A stretch of 62,931 nt of DNA, counting the filler, from Lenisia limosa (Eukaryota > Protista > Breviatea), in NCBI GenBank assembly GCA_001655205.1. It is 16 parts of 16 records of this genome, joined end to end, with 100 filler letters (N's around TTAATTAATTAA, not from the genome) between each part and the next. Parts side by side here need not be neighbours in the genome. Positions count along the whole stretch, not along the records: positions 36,500 to 40,522 come from LPNZ01002833.1; positions 40,623 to 46,234 come from LPNZ01011045.1; positions 46,335 to 48,132 come from LPNZ01003178.1; 13 more parts are not named here. One strand, given 5' to 3'. Of the stretch, positions 36,500-48,232 are shown in pieces. The translations under genes and the position numbers were made by a program. The notes below the pieces were generated by a model. It had not been told where the DNA came from, searched no databases, and was given only the letters and a program-made list of their open reading frames with translations. Every line of letters starts with the position of its first letter. Positions within the stretch are counted from its first letter, which is position 1.

Positions 36500-39400
36500 T
36501 CATACTGGACGGACGTGCCAGGGTCGATTCTCGAGATTTTCGCTCTGGACGGCTTGCATTCCGCCTCTGTGGGGGGGATGGGTGGGAGCTTACATAGAAT
36601 CAACTCTTTTTTTTTTTGGCAAATTTTTGTTGGATTTTGGGCTTCACTTCGATTCGAAGAAAGACTGAATTTCTTGATAAATCCGAAACTATCAATATTT
36701 TATTTACGAAGTGAAGCTCAAAGTTGGCTTTAAAAAAACCGAGTTGAAGCCCGAGTTGGATTCCACGAATTATTCACAAAATCATTAATTCCCTCTATTT
36801 TTTATTATACATCCTTTACTTTATCCCTCTTTGTTTTGTTGTTCTCAACCCTCTTGTGTTGTTTTTTTTGTTTCATAAATTTTCCAATTTTACTCGCCAC
36901 AAGTAGATTATCAGCTTGTTTTCGAAAGGAATTTCTGTAGCACAACGACATATTATATATTATATCATTGTCGTATATATATTATATAGCTGTGGCTCTC
37001 ATACAGTATGCCTTATCAAACCACCCAAATCCACCAAACCTGCTAAAGTTACCCACCCTAGCAATAATTATACTCACCGCCTTCAGGCGTTCATCATTGA
37101 TGGGGCAAACTCATTGGTTCCTTTGTTAGCTTTGAGAGACCCAATTTCAACCGATTTGGCATTCTGTAAATGGAATGTTGCTGGTGAGAGGGCATATTTT
37201 TGAGTGCGAAAGAGAGTTGATTCTGTTGATATTTCGTTTCATCAGTTTTTAACAATATAACTCCCGTCTTTTTGTTACCAACCCTTGTGTTGTTAGTCAA
37301 CAGAGTTGATTTGGTTTTTTTTTTTGTTTACTTCCTCCCAAGACGATTCGCATACAATGGCGCAATTAGCAGGGCTAATGTACGACGGCAACATCGACGT
37401 CACCACGGACCTCTTAATAAGTNNNNNNNNNNNNNNNNNNNNNNNNNNNNNNNNNNNNNNNNNNNNNNNNNNNNNNNNNNNNNNNNNNCGGGGGGAGTAA
37501 AACGAAGGAAATATTAATGAAGAATATTGGCGTAACGGTACATCATGAACCGAATAATCTGAAGGAGAGGGACAGCCTTATCTGTTCAAATATCTTTTTA
37601 ATTTTCATGTAGATGGTACCCCCGGATGCGTATTTCCTGATCTTGAAATGGAAGGCATCGTAAACTTTAAGGTGGGTGGTTCTACTTATACAGTGTACTT
37701 TATTATAGCCATAGTAAATACAAAGGTAGTCACTATTTGCATTATGGCTCTGTGATCTAAGGTTTGATTTCCACGTCCTTACTTGCTCCACAGTGCGACG
37801 TCACAATGAATTCCGAGGACTTTTACTCGGTAACTTTCGATGGCAATGCGTTTGTTACCTCCTTCTCATCCAACTCAACCACTCCCGTAGGCCCCTCCAA
37901 CATATTAGGACTACAAACTGTTTGACATAATATTGATTGAATTCCTTGTTTAAAACTAGACATTAAATTGTCGTTTTACTTGAAAAATTGTGAGGGATGA
38001 AAGCGTGTTCATCCAATGTATTATTTCATATACTACTATAAGTTGCTGTATGTCCACGGTCGTTAACTCGAAAGATTGTGGACGGAACGTATCCAACGTC
38101 CTGTCCGAGCAGCGGGTGCACTCTGATTATTTTTGGCAATCTCTTTGTTAAGAGGTTTGGAGGGGAGTAACATTGTTTGTTTTGTTTTGCCCACTACACG
38201 TCACAATTCAATATTATTTGGCCTAACNNNNNNNNNNNNNNNNNNNNNNNNNNNNNNNNNNNNNNNNNNNNNNNNNNNNNNNNNNNNNNNNNNNNNNNNN
38301 NNNNNNNNNNNNNNNNNNNNNNNNNNNNNNNNNNNNNNNNNNNNNNNNNNNNCCATCGCCATCATCATCATCATCATCATCATCACCTTCACCATTATCA
38401 TTATCATCACCATCACCATCATCATCATTGTCATCATTGTCATCATCACCATCACCATCATCATTATTAACATCATTATTATCCAAAATCATGATTGCAG
38501 CGTGATGGTGGTGCAGCTTGAAAAGGACTCAGGCCTCCGCCAGCTTGACACCCAGTACTTCAGTCCCACTGTGAGGGGGGTGTCGTGATTTTTAAATCAT
38601 ATCACTTTTTGGATCATTTTCACACGTGTGAACTATCATTTTCCACACATTGATATGATACCTTATGTCGTATGATAATTGACCGATAAGTCTCAATGAT
38701 ACTCTGATATACTCGGGGTTAACCCTCGTGTGATCTGCGTTCATCATTTCGACTCGAAAGTCGGTTATATGAACGTATCACTTGTAGATATGGGTTAACA
38801 TATACAACATGTATTATTTTGAGAGTTTTTATAGTTATTTGCTATACTAGATGATATGTAGTAGCCATTTGTATATGCTGGTGAGGTAAGCAGAAAGCTG
38901 TGTGCACAGAGTTGTAAGGCAAATGATTGGATGAATTCATATTATTAAAAAATCCAATATCTCTAACATAGTTGATTTTGGGCTTTTTTCATATATTTTT
39001 CAATATTACCTCCCCCCAGGTAATCGTTACCACCGTTCCTGCCTTGGATTATGGACTCTACACCCTTGGTATCGGACTGACCGGCACAGACAATATCTAT
39101 AAAATGTGGGAGGGGGTGCTTTTGGTTGGTTTATTTTGTTTTGTTTTTTGTTTATTTCATTATAATAGGCCGTTCGACGTCACCTCCGCCCCGGCTAAAC
39201 TCAGTATAGTCACCCCAGTTTCAAACGTGACCAACAACAACGACCAGGTCATGCTTCCGCACCCCGAAGTGCACCTGGTGGGTTTTAGCGTTATTAGGGG
39301 TGATTAGTGGGCTAGAGCTAGGGCTTCACTTCGGTTCGGGGCAATATCGATGGAGAATTGTGGTGGAAATCGAGGTAAAAATGGTGGTTTATAGCGTTAT

Positions 39401-40323
39401 TACGGGCGTTGTTTGTTTTGTTGTTATCAATCCTCGTTGATTTTGGGCGTTTGTTTCCAAATTTTCCAATCTTACCTTCTTCAGCTTGATTTTGGGCTTT
39501 TTCATACATTTTCCAATTTTATTCCCTCCAGCTCGACACCTCGGATCGTCCCGTCGCTATGGAAGCGACGATAGAGATCTACACGGTACCCCAGGCTGTA
39601 GCCATTTTCGGGGGGCAACAGTCGATGATCGTGAGAGGGGGGTATGAAAAGGTATAAAATGGTATAAAAAGGTATAAAAAGGTATGAAAAGATATAACAA
39701 GGTATGAAAAGATATAAAAAGGTATGAAAAGGTATAAATGCTTGGGAGGAGGGGGGGGTCCCAATTCTATAAGAAAGCTGTGTGTACAGAGTTGTAAGGT
39801 AAATGATAGGGTTAATAATAGTATTTACTTTCTCTTTTAGCGTGATGGTGTGGCCGGCTTCGTCCAGATACAACCTTTTATTATTTATATTATTTACGCC
39901 TTTCTGTTCATAAACCTATTTATCCCCTATATGCTGGGGAGGCACGCAGAAAGCTGTGTGCTCAGNNNNNNNNNNNNNNNNNNNNNNNNNNNNNNNNNNN
40001 NNNNNNNNNNNNNNNNNNNNNNNNNNNNNNNNNNNNNNNNNNNNNNNNNNNNNNNNNNNNNNNNNNNNNNNNNNNNNNNNNNNNNNNNNNNNNNNNNNNN
40101 NNNNNNCAAATAGAGACCGACCACAAGGTGTACTATAGGTCTGATGGTGGACGGCTTCGGCCAGATAGTCTAATTCAATCTCTCTTATACTTCAGTGTCA
40201 AAAAAGTTCCACTAATCCCCCAGGGTTGTGTCAGCCAACGGAGATCAGCTCTTAGACGCCGTATCTAACGATGATTATCTTGTTGTTAACGAGTGTGGTG
40301 TTCGAATCCCCAATAGCGTTCAG
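36500..40323 (+). CDS. Fragment of a large beta-sandwich (Ig/TIG-like) probable surface protein
   Basis: About 10 AG/GT-bounded exons rich in V/T/P/G, e.g. VIVTTVPALDYGLYTLGIGLTG, PFDVTSAPAKLSIVTPVSNV and CPSSGCTLIIFGNLF. The fold call is an inference. Confidence 0.5.
38354..38480. repeat. Intronic (CAT)n imperfect microsatellite
   Basis: ATC/ACC triplet run next to a masked block, inside an intron of the Ig-like gene. Confidence 0.85.
39641..39740. repeat. 10-bp minisatellite (GGTATRAAAA) x about 10
   Basis: Directly visible tandem units just after the donor at about 39632. Confidence 0.85.
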
Positions 40324-40715
40324 GTGGGAGGGGGGGGGGTCTCTCATTTTCCCTTTTTTCTCATTTTATGTTCTCTTTTTTTTCTCTTTTTTTTCTTCTT
40401 TTTTTTTTCTCTGTATCTCTATTTTCTCTCTCTTTCTCTTTGCTTTACCTCTCTTTTTCTCTCGTTCTCTCTCTTTTTCTCTTTTTCCTTCTTTTTTTCT
40501 GGAAAGTCTTACAGTGTTACTCNNNNNNNNNNNNNNNNNNNNNNNNNNNNNNNNNNNNNNNNNNNNTTAATTAATTAANNNNNNNNNNNNNNNNNNNNNN
40601 NNNNNNNNNNNNNNNNNNNNNNGGGGGGGGGGGGAGGTAAAATTGGAAAAAGTGAATTGAAAAAGGTAATATATATTAGCACATTTATGCAACACTATAG
40701 CTTAAAATCAAGTAT

Positions 40716-43700
40716 CATAGAGCAAATTGGTGAAGACTCATCCTGGTCACTGATATCCATATTGCATATGATGTATATACCCCATACCCAATAGCACAGC
40801 GGCGGAGTAGTTTTGGAGAGCGCTGTAGAGGGCCAAAGCCGGGGTGACCAGGCCTGGCGTAAGGCCAAGGGAGGACTGGGGAGGGNNNNNNNNNNNNNNN
40901 NNNNNNNNNNNNNNNNNNNNNNNNNNNNNNNNNNNNNNNNNNNNNNNNNNNNNNNNNNNNNNNNNNNNNNNNNNNNNNNNNNNNNNNNNNNNNNNNNNNN
41001 NNNNNNNNNNNNNNNNNNNNNNNNNNNNNNNNNNNNNNATCTGAAATTCCAAACAAACAAAAAAACAAATAAAAAAAATGTTACTAGATAAATACCCACC
41101 TGAATTTGCGCTCTGATGCTTCGTCTGTCTGAAAAAGGCTCCGAGGAGTTCGACCAAGGGTCCAATACAGCAGGAAGGCTGTGCGGAAGGTGAGAATACC
41201 AGGTGTGCTTGCTCGAGTTTTGATAAGGACGTAGGAAATTAGAGAGTATATTTGTTTCCGTAGATTTCTAATGTATATATTATTTTTCTTGTTTCAAATA
41301 ACAATGTACCCCCTTACACGGCCGAACTCTCGGTGGTGCCGATACGCATAAAGGTGCCTCTGGTCAAGGGGATAGACGCCCATTGGAGCGATTGCGGCAA
41401 CATCGGCACTATCACCTCTTCAAATGCCACTCGCGCTATCATCTGCAGGAGGTAAGACGAAGGAGATTACGACGAAGAATATTAAGGGGGAGGGAGTTAA
41501 ATTGGAAAGTTTATGAAACAAAAAAAGCCCAAATCANNNNNNNNNNNNNNNNNNNNNNNNNNNNNNNNNNNNNNNNNNNNNNNNNNNNNNNNNNNNNNNN
41601 NNNNNNNNNNNNNNNNNNNNNNNNNNNNNNNNNNNNNNNNNNNNNNNNNNNNNNNNNNNNNNNNNNNNNNNAAAATATGATAGTGCCTCAAATATTATCG
41701 TTTGTGGGAGAGAGGGGTAATTGGAAAATTTATGAGCATTTTACTAATCCGAGCCAACATCTGCAGTTGCAATAATTAACTAAATATTTTTATAATCGTG
41801 TTCATAAAAACACCACTTTTGTCCCTTTTTATTTTATAACGTCAGATTCTGCCACCCCCTTTTTAGATGAGACCTAATTTCTGACCCCCCACATCATCTG
41901 TTAGCAGTCCCCGAGCGAAGCGCGTTAGTACCATGCCTTCCACCAAGCGCTGTTGGGGAAGGTAAGAGTAGAATACTAGGATTGTTTGCTCGGATTTACG
42001 CGAGGACGTACAGTGGCCGCGATAAGTCCTGACACGATTGACTAAAGAGAAAGCTCAATATGCGTGTCAGGGCTTATCACGGCAGTGAATACAGTGACCG
42101 GGAAAAGTCTTGACACATAGCAAATCGGTCAAGACTTTTCGTGGTCATAGCATATAGTGCTGCTTTTGAATAGTAAGGCATGATATGAATACCAACATCT
42201 GTGCATTCACACTTATGTTTTACTAGGGGAATTCGTTACAAAAGAAGAGGACTTCTCAACGTTGAAACAGCTCTATACTTTTTCATAGTATTCAATAGTA
42301 TACAGAACATTCACCCATTTATAACAGGAAACTACCCTACAAACCTGCGCGNNNNNNNNNNNNNNNNNNNNNNNNNNNNNNNNNNNNNNNNNNNNNNNNN
42401 NNNNNNNNNNNNNNNNNNNNNNNNNNNNNNNNNNNNNNNNNNNNNNNNNNNNNNNNNNNNNNNNNNNNNNNNNNNNNNNNNNNNNNNNNNNNNNNNNNNN
42501 NNNNNNNNNNNNNNNNNNNNNNNNNNNNNNNNNNNNNNNNNNNNNNNNNNNNAAAATATCGATAGTTTTCGAGGATTTTTCGAAAAATTCAGTCTTTTTT
42601 GAACCGAAGTGAAGCCCCGCATGTTACTATATGATGATAATGGAGTCCCCAAATCCCCATACGATAGAGCCGCAAAAATGCCCTGTGCCAAAACAGGACT
42701 TTTGTTGAATGCTGCAGCCTCGAGAAGGAAGGTTAAAAGGGTTACTGCTGGCACTCCAGGGACGCCCACAGGTCTGGGGGGGGGGGGNNNNNNNNNNNNN
42801 NNNNNNNNNNNNNNNNNNNNNNNNNNNNNNNNNNNNNNNNNNNNNNNNNNNNNNNNNNNNNNNNNNNNNNNNNNNNNNNNNNNNNNNNNNNNNNNNNNNN
42901 NNNNNNNNNNNNNNNNNNNNNNNNNNNNNNNNNNNNNNNNNCCTTCCACAATATCTAGCAACCCACAATATCATATAGCCAAAAAGATTGGAATATATTG
43001 TATATTGTGGAGTAGGCTTTGTTTTCGTATGATTCATAATTCTGGTAGAAATCATATGTTATGTATATTACAAGATACCCCCCTAACTTGAAAACAGCTG
43101 TCCATCGTCTGACCATTTGCGCGAGTGAGAAGACGTTGTAAGGCTGGGAGGCAGCTGGGGGGTAAGAGTGGAAAATATATGAAACAAAAAACCAAATCAC
43201 TCTGTCGGCTGACAACACACAAGGGTTGATAACAACAACAAACAAAGCCCGGGACAGTCACTTCTGCAGCACCAGCGGTGACAATGGTACTAATGAAACA
43301 AAAAAAAAAAAAGAATTAACTTTGTTGCCCATTATACCCCTAATACCCAAAAAAAAATAAGCCTTTCCCCCCTCCAATCACCCCCACAAAGAAATCCGTA
43401 ATAATACCAAAACCCAAAACCCAAAATCTCCCATTATTATACCCTCCCAAATACAAAGAAATCCGTATTACAAAATAGTATCCTCAAATCCCTCTCATTA
43501 TCTATATTATCACCCCATAATACCCCCAGAATACTCCCCTCCCCTCACGGTGGGACTGGGGGTGCATAGGTCCGGTAAATGTGGCGAACATGGCAAAACC
43601 AGGCGAAAGGCTTGCCTCAGGTCCGGCAGGTCGAAGCACAGTCTGGGTTATATGGGTGATATGGTTGTACAGTATATTCAACAAAAAATACAAAAATAAA

Positions 43701-46038
43701 CACTGTTGGAAGTTATACTATTCTGGTAAAGGTGATCATCAAAACCCTATAATGTAGCCTCAAAACTAATCCCCAAACCTTATCATCACCTTTCCGCCAA
43801 GCCAGCACCAGATTGCGACTTGCTGTCAAACACGCTGCCATAACTGAGGGGGCAGCACGGTCCATTCCTGATAGCAGAAGCCAGCTGCCTTCGTGTGAAG
43901 CAAGGCTTTGCATTTTCTGGGGGGATGTTAACACTGATTTGTGGAAGGACGTGTAAGAGAAATATGATATTTATATTTTTTTTATGCATTAAAGCTATTT
44001 AAAAAACACCGTATTATGACACAATACTACCCCCACAAACACAAATACCAAAAATACATATACTATTTAAGTATTTATATACAGTGACCGGGATAAGTCT
44101 TTCCCTATTCTCTTACAATAAAATTTGGAGGTTTCAAAACCCTCCCACAGTTGCTTGGTCAGCAGGCACGTCAGGGGTGACAACCAGCTCCCTCAATCTC
44201 CTTCCGCATAGCAAAGCAAGAAGCTTAACAACGGTCTGACGTCCCGATGACGGCTTTGCAAAGAGCGAAACGGCTGCAAGGAATGGTGAGTTTACTCGTT
44301 AATTAACTCGGAAATCTGAGAGGCCGTGCGAGTGTCTTATATTTGCGAAGAAACAACGATTTTAATGCTGAGATAGTTCAATATAGTAAACAAACAAAAT
44401 CTCTTTTGGTTTAAATGATACTAAACAAAACACAGGATATTGGAACTCATTACACACGTCCTTGAAAAAAGGTGAATGAACAATCAAGGTAAACTGAACT
44501 TCCACGCACCTGGAGAGGATGTCAGGGAGGCTGCAGTGTGACTTAAGGACGTTAAAATTGCGGGGGTCATGNNNNNNNNNNNNNNNNNNNNNNNNNNNNN
44601 NNNNNNNNNNNNNNNNNNNNNNNNNNNNNNNNNNNNNNNNNNNNNNNNNNNNNNNNNNNNNNNNNNNNNNNNNNNNNNNNNNNNNNNNNNNNNNNNNNNN
44701 NNGGGGGTTGCCCTCCCCCCACAGTCTGTCCCGGTCCCCGTCAAATCAACTTCCCCGACATATGGTCCTAATGTGTATTCGTTTCCCTTGTTTTGTATTC
44801 AATACATATTGTTTGAAAAGAAAAAAAAAACCAATCACTTTCCAAACAAATTCCACTCAAACCTTGTAGTACCTTGCGCTTCGAAACCATAGGCCAAACG
44901 CAGGGACGACAAATGCACCTGATAGGAGGTTAATCAAATTGAGAGGAGGAGGGAAAGCGAAGGAAATTTCGATAGAATTGGCGTAAAGTTACTAATCACG
45001 AACCGAATAATCTGAAAGTCCAAACAAACAAAAAACAAAGGGGGTGGGGGGGGGGGATTACATTTATAGCCAAAAATCCAAGNNNNNNNNNNNNNNNNNN
45101 NNNNNNNNNNNNNNNNNNNNNNNNNNNNNNNNNNNNNNNNNNNNNNNNNNNNNNNNNNNNNNNNNNNNNNNNNNNACAAAAACACTTCAAAAGTGTAAAC
45201 CCACATTCACAAATAGCATCTGCTGCACCCCCAAACAGTCAGGCTTTGAGAGCTGTCGTCCCAATAGAGTCGCGGACAGGCAAGCCACTCGGGATGAGAG
45301 GACGTTCGCACGCCGGAAGCCAGCAGCTGGCGTACGATACCGACCAGGGTCATTTCGAGCAGGACTTGCGACAGAACACGGCGACGGAGCTGAATTGGTT
45401 ATTATGTTGCGGGTTTTTTTGTTGTTGTTTTTGGTGAGGGTTAAATTAGAACTATTTTGAATAAAAAAAAAATCAGGTGAAGTAGTGTTAGTTGACAGTC
45501 AATGCTGGGTGAATAAATAAATTTTGACATAATGTTGTCAAACATTGAATAAATCAACTCAATATGATCTCCGATTACCTTGGCGTCCGTCTGAGTCTTG
45601 GCCACAATACTGAGTGTCGTCATTCGGTGCTGCAGCAGCTGTACCGGTTAGCGGGTGGGAGGGATTAAAAAGAGAGGCGGGTGGGGGTACAATTTCCCCC
45701 TTTTGTATAACCCGGNNNNNNNNNNNNNNNNNNNNNNNNNNNNNNNNNNNNNNNNNNNNNNNNNNNNNNNNNNNNNNNNNNNNNNNNNNNNNNNNNNNNN
45801 NNNNNNNNNNNNNNNNNNNTAATGGTCTTTGTGTAATTGTGGGGGGGGGGGCTTCACTTCGGTTCGAAAAGACCATTAAAACTATTAATTCAAGCCAAAC
45901 CATAAACACAAATTATTGTTAATTCACCTCAATTTAAACACTTATTACTGTTCACGCCCACTTTTTGGAACTTCTTGAAGGGTGACGAGACTTCGGCCTG
46001 ACCAAGTACCCAGCCAACGTCCTGGGTGAAAAGCGCCT
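40716..46038 (-). CDS. Divergent dynein heavy chain (DNHD1-like) fragment from the linker through AAA1 to the start of AAA2
   Basis: Phase-consistent exons: VRQLLASGVRTSSHPEWLACPRLYWDD|VHLSSLRLAYGFEAQG, TPAILTSLSHTAASLTSSP|AVSLFAKPSSGRQTVVKLLALLCGR, GSWLLLSGMDR, PGFAMFATF, AVFKPVGVP, GLLTDD and ALALYSALQNYSAAVLLG. All are collinear with dynein AAA1/AAA2. Confidence 0.8.
42009..42152. mobile_element. Two adjacent MITE family 2 copies
   Basis: CAGTGGCCGCGATAAGTCCTGACACG..CGTGTCAGGGCTTATCACGGCAGTG, then TA|CAGTGACCGGGAAAAGTCTTGAC..GTCAAGACTTTTCGTGGTCATAG. Single ends or decayed copies occur at 2509, 44081 and 61225. Confidence 0.6.
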
Positions 46039-46365
46039 AAATTGTCAGTAAATAGAGGGGCTAAGATGTCAAAGGACTTCCCGACGGACCCAAAAAAGGC
46101 CGAATTTCTCGATAAATCCTTGATAAATATCGATATTTCACCAGGCTTTTCGGACCGTAGGCCCTAATCAACTAATACAAAACACTCTACTGAACATTCA
46201 AAATTCACCTTCAACCCCCTCCCCCCACCATTCTNNNNNNNNNNNNNNNNNNNNNNNNNNNNNNNNNNNNNNNNNNNNTTAATTAATTAANNNNNNNNNN
46301 NNNNNNNNNNNNNNNNNNNNNNNNNNNNNNNNNNTAGTGCTAACTTTCCCGTCGGTCTCACAAAG

Positions 46366-47999
46366 ACCAGTAAACTCGAAATTCTCACCTCTTCAGACTG
46401 GCGAGACCTCTCTGCCTACTTCTCTCAGTGAAATCCCGGACTATTGGCTTGCTGGAATCAGAGGTGCTGGTGAAATTGTCGGTATGAGGGACTTAAGTTA
46501 CGCAAGTTACACTCGGTGACTGTTTTTTATTATTCTTCTTCTTCGAACGAGCCAGGTTTTGGAACTGTAACCTTTATACACTTTACCAAGCTCTTTGTGA
46601 GGGCCATTGTTAGGGCTTGCCCTAGAGTCCGAAATAGACCAGTGAAATATCGATATTTCTCGAGGTTTTGTCGAGAGATTTTGACTCTTTTTTTTGTCTT
46701 TTTAGAATACTTGTAACACAATCATCAGCTGCTCTTAACTTTACTTACTAAAATAGGTATTGGTGATACTGGAATCGACGTGAAGAACTGCCTCTTCTCT
46801 GACAGCCATGTGGACGGTTGGGGGGGGGGGGNNNNNNNNNNNNNNNNNNNNNNNNNNNNNNNNNNNNNNNNNNNNNNNNNNNNNNNNNNNNNNNNNNNNN
46901 NNNNNNNNNNNNNNNNTATGATAAACTGACATATAAGTCCATAAAACACTATCTAATATTAAGGTATATAAAAATATTATCATATTCATATCATATATTG
47001 CGTACCTCTCTCCTCATCTAATTATGCTAGATAATATTAAATACTCTAGTTTAGTACTGACACACACTATCTAATTATGCTAGATAATATAAAATATTAC
47101 GTAACCTCTCGCTTGTGCTTCACTTCGGTTCGAAAAAAGCCGGTAAAATATCGATAATTTCCGAGGATTTATCGAGAAATTTAGTCTTTTTTTGAACCGT
47201 AAGTGAATCCCCACCTCTCTCCCCTCGTCACCTAATTCTATTTTATAAACCTGACCATTGCAGTGAACTACTACTCGGTCTCCAATGACGAAGTTACCAA
47301 GTCCCCTCATCGCAAGGTTGGAGGTCGTCAAAATGAAATTTCAATGTTTTTTTTGTTTTTTTTTTTTTGAATAAGATAAACAATATCCAATGAAATGATT
47401 GAGAGAAGTGTGTTTTNNNNNNNNNNNNNNNNNNNNNNNNNNNNNNNNNNNNNNNNNNNNNNNNNNNNNNNNNNNNNNNNNNNNNNNNNNNNNNNNNNNN
47501 NNNNNNNNNNNNNNNNNNNNNNNNNNNNNNNNNNNNNNNNNNNNNNNNNNNNNNNNNNNNNNNNNNNNNGGACACGGCACCCATGTTACTGGCTCCGTGG
47601 CCGGTTCTTCCCTGTGGGGGGTGGGTACTTATGGTTATTACTTTCCGAAATACTATAATATTGTATGATGTTGTGGACGGCTTCGGCCTGATACTGTAAC
47701 CCTGTAATCCAATATCTCTTATAAGCTTGATGGTGTGTGCAGCTTTGGCCAGATACATACTGTAGAAATCCAATATCTCTTATAAGCGTCTTAGTATAGG
47801 ACGGCTTCTGTCAGATACAATAATCCTGTAATCCAATATCTTTTATAACCGTGATGGTAATACAATAATTCAATATCTCGTATAAGCGTGATGGTGTGGA
47901 CGGCGTTAGCCTCTTGTTGTATTCCATCTCCAACATCTAATTCCCTGCAGGTTTAATGACGATGTTGCCCAATACAATGGCATGGCTCCCGACGCCAAG
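46366..47999 (+). CDS. Subtilase (peptidase S8, KP-43/TagABC-like) fragment
   Basis: GIRGAGEIVG|IGDTGIDVKNCLFSD (catalytic Asp), SPHRK, GHGTHVTGSVAGS (catalytic His) and YNGMAPDAK. Confidence 0.85.
47114..47213. mobile_element. MITE family 1 copy (type A)
   Basis: GCTTCACTTCGGTTCGAAAAAAG ... TTTTTTGAACCGTAAGTGAATCC. Confidence 0.65.
47660..47910. repeat. Tandem array (about 4 x 60 bp) of dispersed repeat family 4
   Basis: Unit AATCCAATATCTCTTATAAGCGTGATGGTGTGGACGGCTTCGGCCAGATACA. Dispersed copies occur at about 1700, 13795, 29445, 30386, 39835, 40140 and 53995. Confidence 0.75.
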
Positions 48000-48232
48000 G
48001 TTTGTGGATTATATCTGCTGCAGCGCAGAAACCGTGTCATTTTTGCGATATCGTGTCATTTTTGATTTTTGCTGTTTTTTTGGAATGAATTTTAGAGATG
48101 TAATAAAGGAAAAATGCAAGCCAGTTTTTTTANNNNNNNNNNNNNNNNNNNNNNNNNNNNNNNNNNNNNNNNNNNNTTAATTAATTAANNNNNNNNNNNN
48201 NNNNNNNNNNNNNNNNNNNNNNNNNNNNNNNN

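Noticed and set aside
38133-38588. Poly-His, poly-Ile, poly-Met and poly-Asp ORFs
   Set aside because: They are all frames of one intronic (CAT)n microsatellite.
43790-43930. RING-like reading CFTRRQLASAIRNGPCCPL
   Set aside because: This is the wrong frame. Exon phase and dynein collinearity select KMQSLASHEGSWLLLSGMDR.
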